From contig JAFGCO010000059.1 of assembly GCA_016932575.1 (NCBI GenBank), positions 2,975-66,974 on the forward strand: DNA of 64,000 bases, in the 5' to 3' direction. Below, piece by piece: positions 1 to 10,447 of the stretch. The stretch comes from a bacterium. Its GTDB lineage: Bacteria > Zhuqueibacterota > QNDG01 > JAFGCO01. A program made the position numbers and the translations under genes. The first letter of the stretch is position 1, and each line of letters starts with the position of its first letter. The notes under the pieces are model-generated. The model was not told the origin of the DNA, ran no database searches, and worked only from the letters and a program-made list of their open reading frames with translations.

Positions 1-89
1 TTCATGGCTCAGCTCCAGTAATTCATCGGTATTCTTCGGTATATCATACGAGAGTACAGGCGGGTAAGTTGCATGAAAAATAAAATAAC

Positions 90-118
90 TTGACTGATAA
101 TTTTTGTATCGCTATGTT
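90..118 (+). promoter_or_regulatory. possible sigma70-type promoter (TTGACT-N17-TATGTT) upstream of ORF 160..513
   Basis: TTGACT lies at 90-95 and TATGTT at 113-118, separated by a 17-nt spacer. A GGGAGG RBS sits 5 nt before the ATG at 160. This is a motif match only. Confidence 0.25.
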
Positions 119-159
119 AATAATGAACAGCCTCGGATCATCAGGTCAGGGAGGCAGCC

Positions 160-513
160 ATGCGAAATGTTCAACGCAACTTTCTTCGAATACTTGCAAT
201 TGAGATTGATGATTTCAAAGAAGATCTCGAAGTGCTGATTGAAGAATGTGAATCAGCCAGAAAATGCGGACGGCTTTCTGAATCTGTGTTTTGGGAAAAT
301 ATTACTGTGTTTAACAATGAGATATTAGGTGTAAAATCGTTTCATCACATTCTTGAAAAAATAAATCCTGATGATTTTAAAACACTGGACGATTTAATGG
401 AAGAAATCAAGAGTCTTTTCCGTCAGCTGGTCAAAGAATGTGGATTGGTGGAAGCGATTAACATTTATGTAGAGCGAAAAATGGATAAGGTCGCAAGATA
501 TGTACGACAATGA
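160..513 (+). CDS. hypothetical protein (117 aa)
   Basis: Intact ORF with a GGGAGG RBS 5 nt upstream of the ATG. I recognise no family. Confidence 0.5.
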   Translation: MRNVQRNFLRILAIEIDDFKEDLEVLIEECESARKCGRLSESVFWENITVFNNEILGVKSFHHILEKINPDDFKTLDDLMEEIKSLFRQLVKECGLVEAINIYVERKMDKVARYVRQ

Positions 514-588
514 ATCCAGAGCTGTTAAAATAACGACTGAAAATAATGAATATTCAGGCAGATATATTTGTATTCCAGGGAAGAAATA

Positions 589-1125
589 ATGATGAACAGC
601 AATATAAAACTTAAACCACTGATCACTGAAAAAGAGATTAAGCAAAGGGTGGCAGCATTGGCCGAAGAAATAGGCACACAGTTTTCTGGCAATACTTTAA
701 TGATTGTGGGATTACTGAATGGCAGTTTTATATTTTTAGCGGACCTGGTGCGTCAATTGAATTCATATCATCTGCATCTCATCGTTGATTTTATGCGAAT
801 TACCTCCTATGGATCCAACACAGTGACGTCCGGAAAACCGACACTTTGCCAGGATGTCTCCATTAATGTAAAGGAGCGTCATGTTTTGATTGTGGATGAT
901 ATTCTGGATACGGGATACACACTTGAATTTGTGGTTAACTATCTAAAAGCTTTAGACCCTTTTTCGCTGAGTGTCTGTGTTCTTCTGGATAAGTCTGAAC
1001 GACGTCAGATCGACATCCGTGCGGATTATGTTGGATTTACCGTTCCGGATGCTTTTATTGTCGGATATGGGCTCGATTGTGACGGACGGTTTCGGGAAAT
1101 GCCTGATATTGCAGTTTTATCATAA
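589..1125 (+). CDS. hpt: hypoxanthine phosphoribosyltransferase
   Basis: Carries the PRPP-binding motif VLIVDDILDTGYTL, and its size and N-terminus (KPLITEKEIKQRV) are typical of Hpt. I moved the start from the TTG at 568 to the ATG at 589, which follows GGGAAG. Confidence 0.85.
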   Translation: MMNSNIKLKPLITEKEIKQRVAALAEEIGTQFSGNTLMIVGLLNGSFIFLADLVRQLNSYHLHLIVDFMRITSYGSNTVTSGKPTLCQDVSINVKERHVLIVDDILDTGYTLEFVVNYLKALDPFSLSVCVLLDKSERRQIDIRADYVGFTVPDAFIVGYGLDCDGRFREMPDIAVLS

Positions 1126-1275
1126 GCCGACCTGCTTTGAAATAAAATTCGATGCTGGCAGAGCCATGTCAGCAGGGATGTTTTTCCGAACAGTATTTAT
1201 TCAAGATCCGATTATTGCTTGATATGGCATGTTTTTAGCTGCATTTCTTAAAAATTTTTTTTCAGGGAGTGTATT

Positions 1276-2421
1276 ATGAACAAAATGCCATTGTTGATTT
1301 GGATTTTTCTGTTAATCTATATCTGCTTTTTACCGGCACAGGATAATGTTTCAGTATTGCGCAGCGGAGAACGATTATTAATCAGTGCAAAAGGGCAATT
1401 CGGGCTGGGAACAGATATTCTTGAAGAGGATGCAGCACTTCTTGTGCTGGCCAAAGCCAGAGATGCGTCTGTTCAGCATGCAATACAATATTTAATGAGA
1501 AATTCGTCGATCATTCCGTCCCTTAAAAAAGACAGAGAAGGTGTTGCCCTGGCATTGGCATTGATGTCCATTGCAGAAGAAACACCGGATAAAATTTATT
1601 CGAAGGGCCAGCAGCAACTCAGCATCAAATTTGTGATGGAATTAAATTTGAATCTTTTGAGCCAACGACTCAATCAGGTTCAAAAACAACCCTGGCTTTT
1701 CAGATCTTATCAGATGGAGCATGAAAGATTCGAGTCGCTTTACCGGAGATTGATCAAGATTGAATCTCAGAATAATACTTCAGGATTTCAGGAAATTCAG
1801 GCAATTGTAAAAGCGTTGAAAGCTTCAGAATGGGTTCGAAAAGGACTCCTGTCAGAAAATACCGCTGCTCAGGTTCAGCAATTTGACCAGGCAGTTATAC
1901 TGGATCCTGATTATGCGTTTGCCAGGTTTCAGAGGGGCAAAGCCTACAGTTTAATGCAGGCTTATGAAAAAGCCGTGGATGATTATAATGTATTAATCGA
2001 GAAATATCCTGACTGGACCGAAGTATATCACGCGCGCGGTCTTGTATATGGTTATCTTGAAAAATACGATCAAGTGATAGAAGATTATCAAAGGGTGTTA
2101 GGTAAAGATCCTAATTGTATTTCTGCACTGATTAACCAGGGGATCGCCTACAGCAAAACAAACCAGCTGGAAGCTGCACGGGCGGATTATCAGAAAGTAC
2201 TGGAAATTCATCCGGAACATGTAGTGGCAAATTACAATCTGGGGTGCATTTATGCGCTTCAAGGCGACCAGTCAGCTGCTTTGAAATCCATCGAATCGGC
2301 ATTCAGGAACGGATACTCCGATTACGATGCCGTTATGACTGATGAAGATTTGAAATCCCTTCATGCCAATCCGGAATTTAAGACGATGATTGAAGAATAT
2401 AAAAAATCATCACTCAAATGA
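1276..2421 (+). CDS. secreted TPR-repeat protein
   Basis: N-terminal signal peptide (LLIWIFLLIYICFLPAQ). The C-terminal half has several 34-aa TPR-like repeats (AYxxAxxDYxxxLxxxP pattern). GGGAG RBS. Confidence 0.8.
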   Translation: MNKMPLLIWIFLLIYICFLPAQDNVSVLRSGERLLISAKGQFGLGTDILEEDAALLVLAKARDASVQHAIQYLMRNSSIIPSLKKDREGVALALALMSIAEETPDKIYSKGQQQLSIKFVMELNLNLLSQRLNQVQKQPWLFRSYQMEHERFESLYRRLIKIESQNNTSGFQEIQAIVKALKASEWVRKGLLSENTAAQVQQFDQAVILDPDYAFARFQRGKAYSLMQAYEKAVDDYNVLIEKYPDWTEVYHARGLVYGYLEKYDQVIEDYQRVLGKDPNCISALINQGIAYSKTNQLEAARADYQKVLEIHPEHVVANYNLGCIYALQGDQSAALKSIESAFRNGYSDYDAVMTDEDLKSLHANPEFKTMIEEYKKSSLK

Positions 2422-2570
2422 AATCTTCCGGCAAGCGACTGATTTTAAAGATTTATTTCATGCGTGTAACACATTCCAGGCAGCCTGCCATTATCATTTG
2501 CATCAGTTTTGAATATTTGACTGGTACCGCAGGATTAAGGCCAATTTATATTAAAAAAGGAGCTCTGATC

Positions 2571-3929
2571 ATGCACTCCTCTGAAAAGGCAGAGGTAATC
2601 CCGCTTATTGGGGTAGACAAGCCGGTTTTTAAAATATTGTGCTTTGGTTTTATGATTGCCCATCTTTCTCTTTTTACACAAGACTGGCAATCTTATCATA
2701 CAGGAAACAGTGCATTGCCCAGCAATACAGTCCGCGCCGTATGTGTTGAACCCGACGGGGTGAAATGGTTCGGTACGGATGCAGGTCTGGTGCGTTATGA
2801 CGGATCTGAATGGCGTGTGTTTGTTAAAACTGAAGACAGACAAACCCTCGCGGATGATCATATTACTGATATTGCCTTTGAAGTGTCCGGCTACGGTCCT
2901 GAAATCTGGGTGGGAACGCAGAATGGTCTGACCATTCTGGATGTGGACGGATTTACTTTTGCCACACCGTATCGGAGTGATAATCGTCCTCTTTTGGGCA
3001 ATCGAATCAATGCTGTGGCTGTAGACAGCAATCATGTGAAATGGTTTGCCACGAACAACGGAGTGTCTATTTTTAACGGCAGTAACTGGTGGGCACTGAC
3101 GGAGGAGAATGACAAGCTGATCCATAATGAAGTTCTATGCATAGGCGTGGACAACGAATGCGACAGCCTGTGGCGGTATTTCGGTACATCTGAAAAGGGT
3201 GTCTCCCGGATTTATTATCAGGACCTGGATGCTGTTACGACAGCGTCTCCATACAACACAAACTGGACGATCATGATGTCAGATTCCGTTTTTGCCTTTC
3301 ATGTCACATATACTCAAAAGCATTGGATCGGTACCAGCTTCGGTGTCTGTGAGCACGATTCCACAGAGACCAAGCGAAATTGGAACATCTATACGACTTA
3401 TGAAGGTCTGGTTCAGGACAATGTGCTTTCCATTGCCGAAGCACAGGACGGCAGTATGTGGTTTGGTACACGTGGCGGAGTATCTCATTATTATCATGGT
3501 AAAATTATCAACTACACAATCGATGACGGACTTGCAGGTAATGTCGTGTATGATATAGCGATTGATAAGGACGGTTCACTCTGGTTTGCCACCAATGGTG
3601 GTGTGACCCGTCTTTCAAATATCAAGTCAATCGGTGAGATGCCTCATGAAAGCGGACTGGTCATGAATTATCCGAATCCTTTCAATCCGTCGACCACGGT
3701 TCAATATGAAGTGACTCGCAGCGGTTTTGTCCGGCTTGTTATTTACGATCTTACAGGAAGAGAAGTCGACCGGCTGGTAAATGCAATTCAGGGACCGGGA
3801 ACTTATCGAGTTGTGTGGAATGGCACGGATCGTCTGGGGCGTTCCGTTCCGGCGGGTGTTTATATTGCCGGGTTAACGATTAAAGGATTGGGTATGGTAA
3901 ACAGCATAAAAATGATTATAATGAAATAA
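2571..3929 (+). CDS. beta-propeller (two-component-regulator propeller-like repeats) protein with T9SS type A C-terminal sorting domain
   Basis: Repeated WFGTDAGL / WVGTQNGL / WFATNNGV / WFGTRGGV / WFATNGGV blades. The C-terminus reads NYPNPFNPSTTVQYEV...GVYIAGL...K. A strong AAGGAG sits 7 nt before the ATG at 2571, and a hydrophobic signal-like segment follows that start. Confidence 0.7.
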   Translation: MHSSEKAEVIPLIGVDKPVFKILCFGFMIAHLSLFTQDWQSYHTGNSALPSNTVRAVCVEPDGVKWFGTDAGLVRYDGSEWRVFVKTEDRQTLADDHITDIAFEVSGYGPEIWVGTQNGLTILDVDGFTFATPYRSDNRPLLGNRINAVAVDSNHVKWFATNNGVSIFNGSNWWALTEENDKLIHNEVLCIGVDNECDSLWRYFGTSEKGVSRIYYQDLDAVTTASPYNTNWTIMMSDSVFAFHVTYTQKHWIGTSFGVCEHDSTETKRNWNIYTTYEGLVQDNVLSIAEAQDGSMWFGTRGGVSHYYHGKIINYTIDDGLAGNVVYDIAIDKDGSLWFATNGGVTRLSNIKSIGEMPHESGLVMNYPNPFNPSTTVQYEVTRSGFVRLVIYDLTGREVDRLVNAIQGPGTYRVVWNGTDRLGRSVPAGVYIAGLTIKGLGMVNSIKMIIMK

Positions 3930-4039
3930 CAGGTTGGGGAACATGTATCTCCGGGATGCCTTATGCACCTCTCCTGAAGGAAAGCCGTTTATATGTCTAT
4001 ACAATTGAGAACAGCATTTTTGGCAAAGGAGATGATTTG

Positions 4040-6019
4040 ATGAATTTTTGTAATAAACGATTTTTCAGCAGTCGGCCCGAAAAAAAACTTTCGATCCCGG
4101 CACAGCTTTTTCTTCCGATTACCGGTCTGCTTTCCGCCCTGTGGATGCTGCTGCGGATTATCCCCAAGCCCACGCGAGCCACCTATCCCTGCATGAAAGT
4201 CGCGGCTCCGCTGGCGAGCACGTTCATTGCGTATTCTGTGGGTATTCTCGTGTCCGCTTTTTCCATCAAAAAAGCCAGATCCGCCTTTCGGCGGAAACGG
4301 TTTCAACTGATGTTCGTGTGTTTGCTTGCGGTTGTGATATCAATCGGATGGATGACGCTCCAGCCGACTCAGGATATTCTGGCCGGTCATCAGGATACCG
4401 GATACTTTGAAGATCCCCTGGGGCCGAATCAGCCCATTGGCGAAGCCAGGGGAATTTATCCGGGCCGGGTAGTCTGGGTATACAATCCCGATGCGACCAA
4501 TGAACACTGTACTAATGCAAACCATGATGACGCCTATTTTCAGAAGCATAATACCGATCAGGCGGTTGTGGATCAGATGTTTTCCAGGGGCATTCTTGAA
4601 TTGACCGGCAAAGAAACACATGCCGAAGCCTGGAATGCCATATTCCGCTATTTTAATATAAATCAAGGAAAAGGGGACACTGGTTATCAGCCGGATGAAA
4701 CACTGTTCATTAAAATCAATGCAGTCACCGCCTATAATGGAGCAGAACCAGACGGAAAAATGTCCAGATATGTCTCCATTGAATTTGACACGTCTCCGCA
4801 AACCATACTGGCCATGCTGAGACAGCTGGTCAATGAAGCCGGTGTTCCCGAAGATAAAATTTATATCGGCGATCCCATGTGTGATATCTGGAATACGCTG
4901 TACGATAAATTTTATGCTGAATTTCCGAATATCAAGTATGTGTCACAGGGAAATGTAACCGGCAGATACAAGTTAAAACCCGATACCGATCCGGGTATTT
5001 ATTATTCGGATCAGGGAACCGTCATGGATCAAATCAAGAGCCACAATTTCTTTGTTGAAATGATGAATGCGGATTATCTGGTGAACATTCCTTCTATGAA
5101 GGGGCATCGCTGGGCGGGAGTCACATTTTTTGCCAAGAATCATTTCGGATCGAATACGGCCGACCATTCATGGGAATTGCATAAAGGCCTGATGAAACCG
5201 GATGATGATCCTTTAAGGTCCGGTTACCGTTTATATCGGGTTCTTGTGGATATTATGGCGGATAAAAATCTTGGAGGCAATACTCTGCTTTATTTTATGG
5301 ACGGCCTCTGGGCGACTTCTTATGAGCACCAAAAGCCCCAGAAATTTAAGTCTGCTCCGTTTAATAATGACTGGTGTTCGTCTCTTTTCTTTTCTCTGGA
5401 TCCTGTGGCTATTGAATCAGTCTGCCTGGATATTATGCAAAAGGAGTTTAAAGAAGAGGATATGTCTGTCAAACCGCCGCGTTACACATATGTTCAGTGG
5501 GAAGGGATTGATGATTATCTTCATCAGGCCGCAAGTGCCGAATGGTGGCCGGAGGGGATTATTTATGATCCTGATAAGACGGGTTCATCCATCGCGAGTC
5601 TGGGTACACATGAGCACTGGAACAATGAAACAGATATGCAGTATTCCCGGAATCTTGGTTCAGGTAATGGCATTGAACTGGTGAAACTTTTTCAAGCCAC
5701 GGTTGTGGAAAAACCACCGAAAATCGTGGACCATTACCGGTTGTCGGGAGCTTATCCCAATCCGTTTAATCCTCAAACGAACATTCGTTTTAAGCTGACT
5801 GAAAATGCTTTTGTGAGTTTGGCGATTTACAATATTCATGGCAGGAAAGTGCGTACCCTGGTGCAGGCAGAACAATCGGCCGGGACCCATGTGGCTGTAT
5901 GGAACGGTTGTGATGCAGGGGGACGATCATTGCCTTCCGGTGTATATCTGTACCGGTTTCAGATCCGGACGGGGGAAGTTACGGATATGAAATACGGGCA
6001 GATGGTGCTGATGAAGTAG
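4040..6019 (+). CDS. DUF362-like domain protein with N-terminal TM segment and T9SS type A C-terminal sorting domain
   Basis: DUF362-like blocks are present (LFIKINAVTA, PEDKIYIGDPM, IPSMKGHRWAGVTFFAKNHFGS). The C-terminus reads AYPNPFNPQTNIRFKL...GVYLYRF. AAGGAG lies 8 nt before the ATG at 4040. Confidence 0.6.
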   Translation: MNFCNKRFFSSRPEKKLSIPAQLFLPITGLLSALWMLLRIIPKPTRATYPCMKVAAPLASTFIAYSVGILVSAFSIKKARSAFRRKRFQLMFVCLLAVVISIGWMTLQPTQDILAGHQDTGYFEDPLGPNQPIGEARGIYPGRVVWVYNPDATNEHCTNANHDDAYFQKHNTDQAVVDQMFSRGILELTGKETHAEAWNAIFRYFNINQGKGDTGYQPDETLFIKINAVTAYNGAEPDGKMSRYVSIEFDTSPQTILAMLRQLVNEAGVPEDKIYIGDPMCDIWNTLYDKFYAEFPNIKYVSQGNVTGRYKLKPDTDPGIYYSDQGTVMDQIKSHNFFVEMMNADYLVNIPSMKGHRWAGVTFFAKNHFGSNTADHSWELHKGLMKPDDDPLRSGYRLYRVLVDIMADKNLGGNTLLYFMDGLWATSYEHQKPQKFKSAPFNNDWCSSLFFSLDPVAIESVCLDIMQKEFKEEDMSVKPPRYTYVQWEGIDDYLHQAASAEWWPEGIIYDPDKTGSSIASLGTHEHWNNETDMQYSRNLGSGNGIELVKLFQATVVEKPPKIVDHYRLSGAYPNPFNPQTNIRFKLTENAFVSLAIYNIHGRKVRTLVQAEQSAGTHVAVWNGCDAGGRSLPSGVYLYRFQIRTGEVTDMKYGQMVLMK

Positions 6020-6222
6020 CTTTTTGATTGAACTGGATCGTTGGTAGGCATGAAAAGAAAAAAAGGATTCCACACCTCCGAGAGGACAAAAAATATTATA
6101 CAGATTTTTGCCTTGACAGGTCTGAATCATCTATTGGTAACCAGAATTCCGGATGAATATCCTCGCGAGTGGTGTCGATCATTCAATTCACACCTGCAAG
6201 AATTAACTATCAGAAACAGAAT

Positions 6223-8061
6223 TTACTCCCGATAATTAATCTCAATCCGTGAAATCTGTGTTTGTTCCAGGAATTCAATTTTGATGTATTGTACGGATTT
6301 ATCCGAAGGATTGGATTCATAACATACGGGACGCCAATACGCATAGTCTCCTGTGCCGCTGAAATAACTGGTTCGCTGGATATTTATTGCTGAATAGGCA
6401 TGATTGTCTTTTGCGGCGGTGATTGAGAGTGTCGGATTTTCTGATTCGGCAAATGCAAAGATTTTAATCCGGGTGATCGATCCAGGCGTCTGATAAATCA
6501 GACAACTTCCCTTTTCCCCCTGAAGCCTGACCATGTCCTCTTTGAATTTACGGTCGTCATTGCTCTGAAAAGTCAGATCTCCATTCATATGATAGGCAAC
6601 CATCCGGTTTTCCATTTCATCGATGATACTCTGCTCCTGTACCCGGACAGGCCCTGCAATATTCGATGGCATGGATTTACCTGATTGGTTTCTGGCAATC
6701 ACCCTGTAGTAATAAACCGAACCCAGCTCGGCGGATGCATCATGGAATATCGGATGGTACTGAACAGCTGCATCCGAAATATTATATCCGACGATTTTCC
6801 ATGGCCCATCAGGTGATTCGGCGCGTTCTACGTCATAGCCGCCCGCTCCCACAGATCCCTGCCAGGAGATAGACGCAACATGAGAAACCGGCAATAGGAG
6901 CGGTGATTCCGGTACAGGCACCGGAGGTGCGGGGTTGCCCTGAATGGCAAAGGCATTTTGTCTTATTACAGCCAGAAGATTTTTTTCATCGTATTCATTG
7001 CCTGAGTCAAATCCCGGCCAATGATAAGCTTTGTACAAACCATATCCCAGCGGTTCCGAGTGCCAGTAAAATCCACCGTCATGCCGGTGGTACCGCAGGC
7101 TCCAGATCAATCCTCCGGCCACATCTTTTTTTTTAATGATGTAATCAATAATATGTGTGAGGGCCGTGGTGCTTAGAAAACCGAATTCGCCTATAATATA
7201 GGGCTTGCGCTTTTGTACGACTTTAAGGTTCGATTCAATATTGACCAAAACATCCGCGGGATTGGTCTCGTAATGGTGAGATGTAACAATGTCGATGCCG
7301 GATTCGGTCAGGGCTTCTTCCCGGACCGTGCGTTGATTGATGGCATTGTATCCGTCCATAACCAGATGATTGGCATCCAATGTTTTGATATAAGTGGTGA
7401 TTATTTTTGTCCATGAATGGGGGCAGGGGAGTTCATTGCCGGTTTCCCAGCACAGGATGGATTTATCCTCGCTGTATGGAATACCGGTGACAGTGTTTGT
7501 CCGTGTGATCACAAAGCGGATTGTTTTTTTAAAATCATCGATTAATTGCGGATCCGTCCAGAAATCTTCTGCGGTTTTTCCCCTGAATGCCGCATATTGC
7601 GGTCGCCCGCCCATCCATTTCCAGGCATTCAACAGTGGCAGGATCAAACGGACTCCTGTCTCGTTGGCAAGAGCAAGCATGGTATCCATAGTAACAAAAG
7701 CCCGTTCACAGAACTCTCCAGGAGCCAGTACGTAGCGGGGGACATCATATGTGTCTGTTTTTCGACGGACCGGAATGGTATATATACGGATTACATTTCC
7801 GCCCGTTTGCCGGACTGATTCCATGGCATCGCGCATTTCAAAAGCTGTTGGTAATGCAAAAGGATGAGATCGTTCAAAATCCATTGCATCCTCGATAAAG
7901 TTCAGATTTGGAATATTGTATGACAGAAAACGGAAATTCTGGTCACCATCCATCAACCGGTATCCTTCCGTCGTGATGAAATGGTCGAATCCGGCGGCGT
8001 TGATCGAAGAGGACAGTATCATTAGAACAATGATGATTTGTGCTAAGATCCTGAAACGCAT
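6223..8061 (-). CDS. glycoside hydrolase family 5 (cellulase/mannanase-type) with Fn3-like and C-terminal beta-sandwich modules
   Basis: Signal peptide present. WETGNEL matches the acid/base motif and YIIGEFGF the nucleophile motif. The downstream module (GGYDVERAESPDGPWKIVG...YYYRVIARN) looks Fn3-like. AAGGAG precedes the ATG at 8061. Confidence 0.75.
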   Translation of the reverse strand: MRFRILAQIIIVLMILSSSINAAGFDHFITTEGYRLMDGDQNFRFLSYNIPNLNFIEDAMDFERSHPFALPTAFEMRDAMESVRQTGGNVIRIYTIPVRRKTDTYDVPRYVLAPGEFCERAFVTMDTMLALANETGVRLILPLLNAWKWMGGRPQYAAFRGKTAEDFWTDPQLIDDFKKTIRFVITRTNTVTGIPYSEDKSILCWETGNELPCPHSWTKIITTYIKTLDANHLVMDGYNAINQRTVREEALTESGIDIVTSHHYETNPADVLVNIESNLKVVQKRKPYIIGEFGFLSTTALTHIIDYIIKKKDVAGGLIWSLRYHRHDGGFYWHSEPLGYGLYKAYHWPGFDSGNEYDEKNLLAVIRQNAFAIQGNPAPPVPVPESPLLLPVSHVASISWQGSVGAGGYDVERAESPDGPWKIVGYNISDAAVQYHPIFHDASAELGSVYYYRVIARNQSGKSMPSNIAGPVRVQEQSIIDEMENRMVAYHMNGDLTFQSNDDRKFKEDMVRLQGEKGSCLIYQTPGSITRIKIFAFAESENPTLSITAAKDNHAYSAINIQRTSYFSGTGDYAYWRPVCYESNPSDKSVQYIKIEFLEQTQISRIEINYRE

Positions 8062-8304
8062 AGTCACGACTCCTTCCGCTGAAAAATAATATAACCGGTT
8101 ATCCCCGGGATAAATCACTTTTTAGACATGGATTTGGAACATCGATTGAATATTTCGTTATCAGAATTTTACCGAATTTTCCTGCTGTTGAAAGGCCTGT
8201 ATCCCTGTGATCAATGATGCTTCTATATAAGTTGATATCGGGAGCAATTTAAAGAAGTCAATTATGTATGAGAGACAAAGCCTATTTTTAAATGACAGAT
8301 TGTA

Positions 8305-8339
8305 ATAAAAAAAACTGGCAGGTTTTATAAACCTGCCAG
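8305..8339 (-). terminator. rho-independent terminator after serC
   Basis: An 11-bp stem pairs ctggcaggttt (8315-8325) with aaacctgccag (8329-8339) around a 3-nt loop. On the minus strand it is followed by a run of 8 T (A-run 8307-8314 on plus), 25 nt past the serC stop. Confidence 0.65.
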
Positions 8340-8363
8340 TTTTGAAAAACAATTTAAAAATAT

Positions 8364-9452
8364 TTATCCGTTTTTTTCAGCGAACTTTTTCATAAACGCC
8401 GTTAATTCTTTGATGCCCTGCGGTTCCATGGCATTGTACATGGATACGCGAATTCCACCCACAGAACGGTGGCCTTTCAGCCCGCCAAAACCGGCTGCCA
8501 GTGCGTCGGCCACAAATTTGGCTTCCAGTTCTTCTGTGGGAAGCCGGAATGTCGCATTCATCGATGAACGGTTTTCTTTTTCAACAGTGCCTCTGAAAAA
8601 ATCACTCATTTCGTCAATTATTCCATAGAGCATATTTGCTTTTTCCTGATTGCGTTTTTCCACGCCCTGCAGTCCGCCCACACTTTTCACCCAGTCCAGC
8701 ACCAGTTTCATAAGATAGATAGAATAGGTGGGTGGCGTATTGTAGAGCGAGTCTTTATCCGCCTGTGTCCGGTATTGCAGGATGATTGGAATGTCTTCCC
8801 TGCCAGCCTCAATGAAATCTTCCCGAATAATGACGACAGTGATTCCGGAGGGCCCCAGGTTTTTCTGAGCGCCGGCATAGATGATTCCAAATTTTGAAAA
8901 ATCAACTTTCCGGGATAAAATATCGCTTGACATATCTGCCACAAGCGGGATGCCATTTGTATCCGGAAATGTTTGAAACTGCGTTCCCGCGATTGTATTA
9001 TTTGATGTGATATGACAGTAAACAGCATCCTGACTGAGATTGAGTTCGTCCTGTGCGGGAATCCGATTAAAATTGGTTTCTTCCGATGAGGCAGCAACAT
9101 TGACCGTTCCCTGTATTTTTGCTTCTTTCAATGCTTTCTTTGACCAACTGCCTGTAATGATGTAATCCGCTGATTTACCTTCACCAAGAAGATTCATTGG
9201 GATCTGGGCAAATTGCAGACTTGCACCCCCCTGGAGAAAGAGTATCTTGAAATTATCAGGAACACCAAACAGATCACGCATCAAAGTCATGGCGTCTTTA
9301 TGAACAGCATCATATTGTTTGGACCGATGGCTGAGCTCCATGACAGCCATACCCGAGTTATCGTAATCCGGCAGATCGGCCTTTGCTTTTTCCAGTGCGG
9401 ATAATGGCAGTGTCGCCGGTCCGGGATTGAAATTCCAAATTCTGTTTGCCAT
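8364..9452 (-). CDS. serC: phosphoserine aminotransferase
   Basis: N-terminus reads MANRIWNFNPGPATLP, and the C-terminus has GGIRVSMYNAM. GGAG RBS. I moved the start to the ATG at 9452. Confidence 0.9.
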   Translation of the reverse strand: MANRIWNFNPGPATLPLSALEKAKADLPDYDNSGMAVMELSHRSKQYDAVHKDAMTLMRDLFGVPDNFKILFLQGGASLQFAQIPMNLLGEGKSADYIITGSWSKKALKEAKIQGTVNVAASSEETNFNRIPAQDELNLSQDAVYCHITSNNTIAGTQFQTFPDTNGIPLVADMSSDILSRKVDFSKFGIIYAGAQKNLGPSGITVVIIREDFIEAGREDIPIILQYRTQADKDSLYNTPPTYSIYLMKLVLDWVKSVGGLQGVEKRNQEKANMLYGIIDEMSDFFRGTVEKENRSSMNATFRLPTEELEAKFVADALAAGFGGLKGHRSVGGIRVSMYNAMEPQGIKELTAFMKKFAEKNG

Positions 9453-9462
9453 TGTATTCTCC

Positions 9463-10335
9463 TTATCCTTTGAAATTTTCAATAATTTCAACAACCTGGT
9501 CTCCAATACGGAGCAGATTTTCCTTTGTTGAAGCACCTATATGGGGTGTCATTGTTACATTTGGTGCAGATAAAACAGAATAGTCGTCGGGGGGTGGATC
9601 GCTGGGCCAGACGTCTGTGGCATAACGGGCGACCTTGCCTGATTTCAAGGCATCAACCATATCTGCTGCATTCACGCATAAACCACGGCCGGTATTGATA
9701 ACCACGACACCGTCTTTCATTTTTCCTATGGTTTCCTTATTGATCAAACCTTCCGTGTCGCTGTTCAGAGGGACATGCAAAGAAATGTAATCAGCTGCTT
9801 CCAGTACTTCGTCCAGTGTTTTTAATTCCACCAGATCCGAATAAGTCACGAATTTATCATAACCGACCACATGCATTCCAAAAGCACGGGCGCGGTTTGC
9901 CAGCACGGTCCCGATTCGGCCGACACCAATCAATCCCAGTGTTTTTCCCATAAGTTCTGTCCGTTTAAGGGCCTTTTTCTCCCAACGTCCTTCTTTCATG
10001 GTACTGTGAGCCTCAATCAATCGATTGGGTACGGATATCATTAATGCAAACGCCAATTCTGCAACCGCCACACTGGAAGCTTCTGGTGTGTTATGCACTT
10101 CGATTCCTTTTTCTTTGGCATAGTCCTGATCGACATTGTCCAATCCAACCCCACCACGGATAATCAGCTTTAAATTCGGCGCTGAGTCGATGTATTCCTT
10201 GTTGGCTTTGGTCTTGCTCCGGATCAGGACAACATTCGCATCTGCGAGCTGGGATTTATCGTCGGTGACATCACCAAATTTTTTCAACCGATCCGGCAGA
10301 GAAGCATCGAATGCATCCGAGATTAATATTTTCAT
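9463..10335 (-). CDS. serA: D-3-phosphoglycerate dehydrogenase (short form, no ACT domain visible)
   Basis: 2-hydroxyacid dehydrogenase motifs are present (GVGLDNVD, GLIGVGRIG, TPHIGAST). It lies adjacent to serC. AGGAGG precedes the ATG at 10335. Confidence 0.8.
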   Translation of the reverse strand: MKILISDAFDASLPDRLKKFGDVTDDKSQLADANVVLIRSKTKANKEYIDSAPNLKLIIRGGVGLDNVDQDYAKEKGIEVHNTPEASSVAVAELAFALMISVPNRLIEAHSTMKEGRWEKKALKRTELMGKTLGLIGVGRIGTVLANRARAFGMHVVGYDKFVTYSDLVELKTLDEVLEAADYISLHVPLNSDTEGLINKETIGKMKDGVVVINTGRGLCVNAADMVDALKSGKVARYATDVWPSDPPPDDYSVLSAPNVTMTPHIGASTKENLLRIGDQVVEIIENFKG

Positions 10336-10393
10336 TGTATTGCACCTCCTGATCAAATTGTATGAATATGGTTTTTTTCATTATCGAAATGTA

Positions 10394-10417
10394 GTTGATT
10401 CTATGAGGAGAATCAAC
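10394..10417 (-). other. 9-bp hairpin between the DUF1015 gene and serA
   Basis: gttgattct pairs with agaatcaac around the loop atgagg. No clear U-tract on either strand, so the function is unknown. Confidence 0.3.
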
Positions 10418-10447
10418 TAAAACTTGATAAATGTCAAGAATAATAAA

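Noticed and set aside
2418-2570. An ATGA-overlapping upstream start (2418) for the beta-propeller gene, as given in the ORF track.
   Set aside because: The extra 51 aa are not signal-like. By contrast, the ATG at 2571 has a strong AAGGAG RBS and is followed by a hydrophobic export segment.
2535-3125. Long antisense ORFs inside large genes, for example 2535..3125, 4340..4801, 24657..25199, 36822..37304, 41468..41908 and 57674..58285.
   Set aside because: Each is fully embedded opposite or out of frame in a gene with strong family motifs. Their products are compositionally odd (Arg/His/Pro-rich), so they are typical shadow ORFs.
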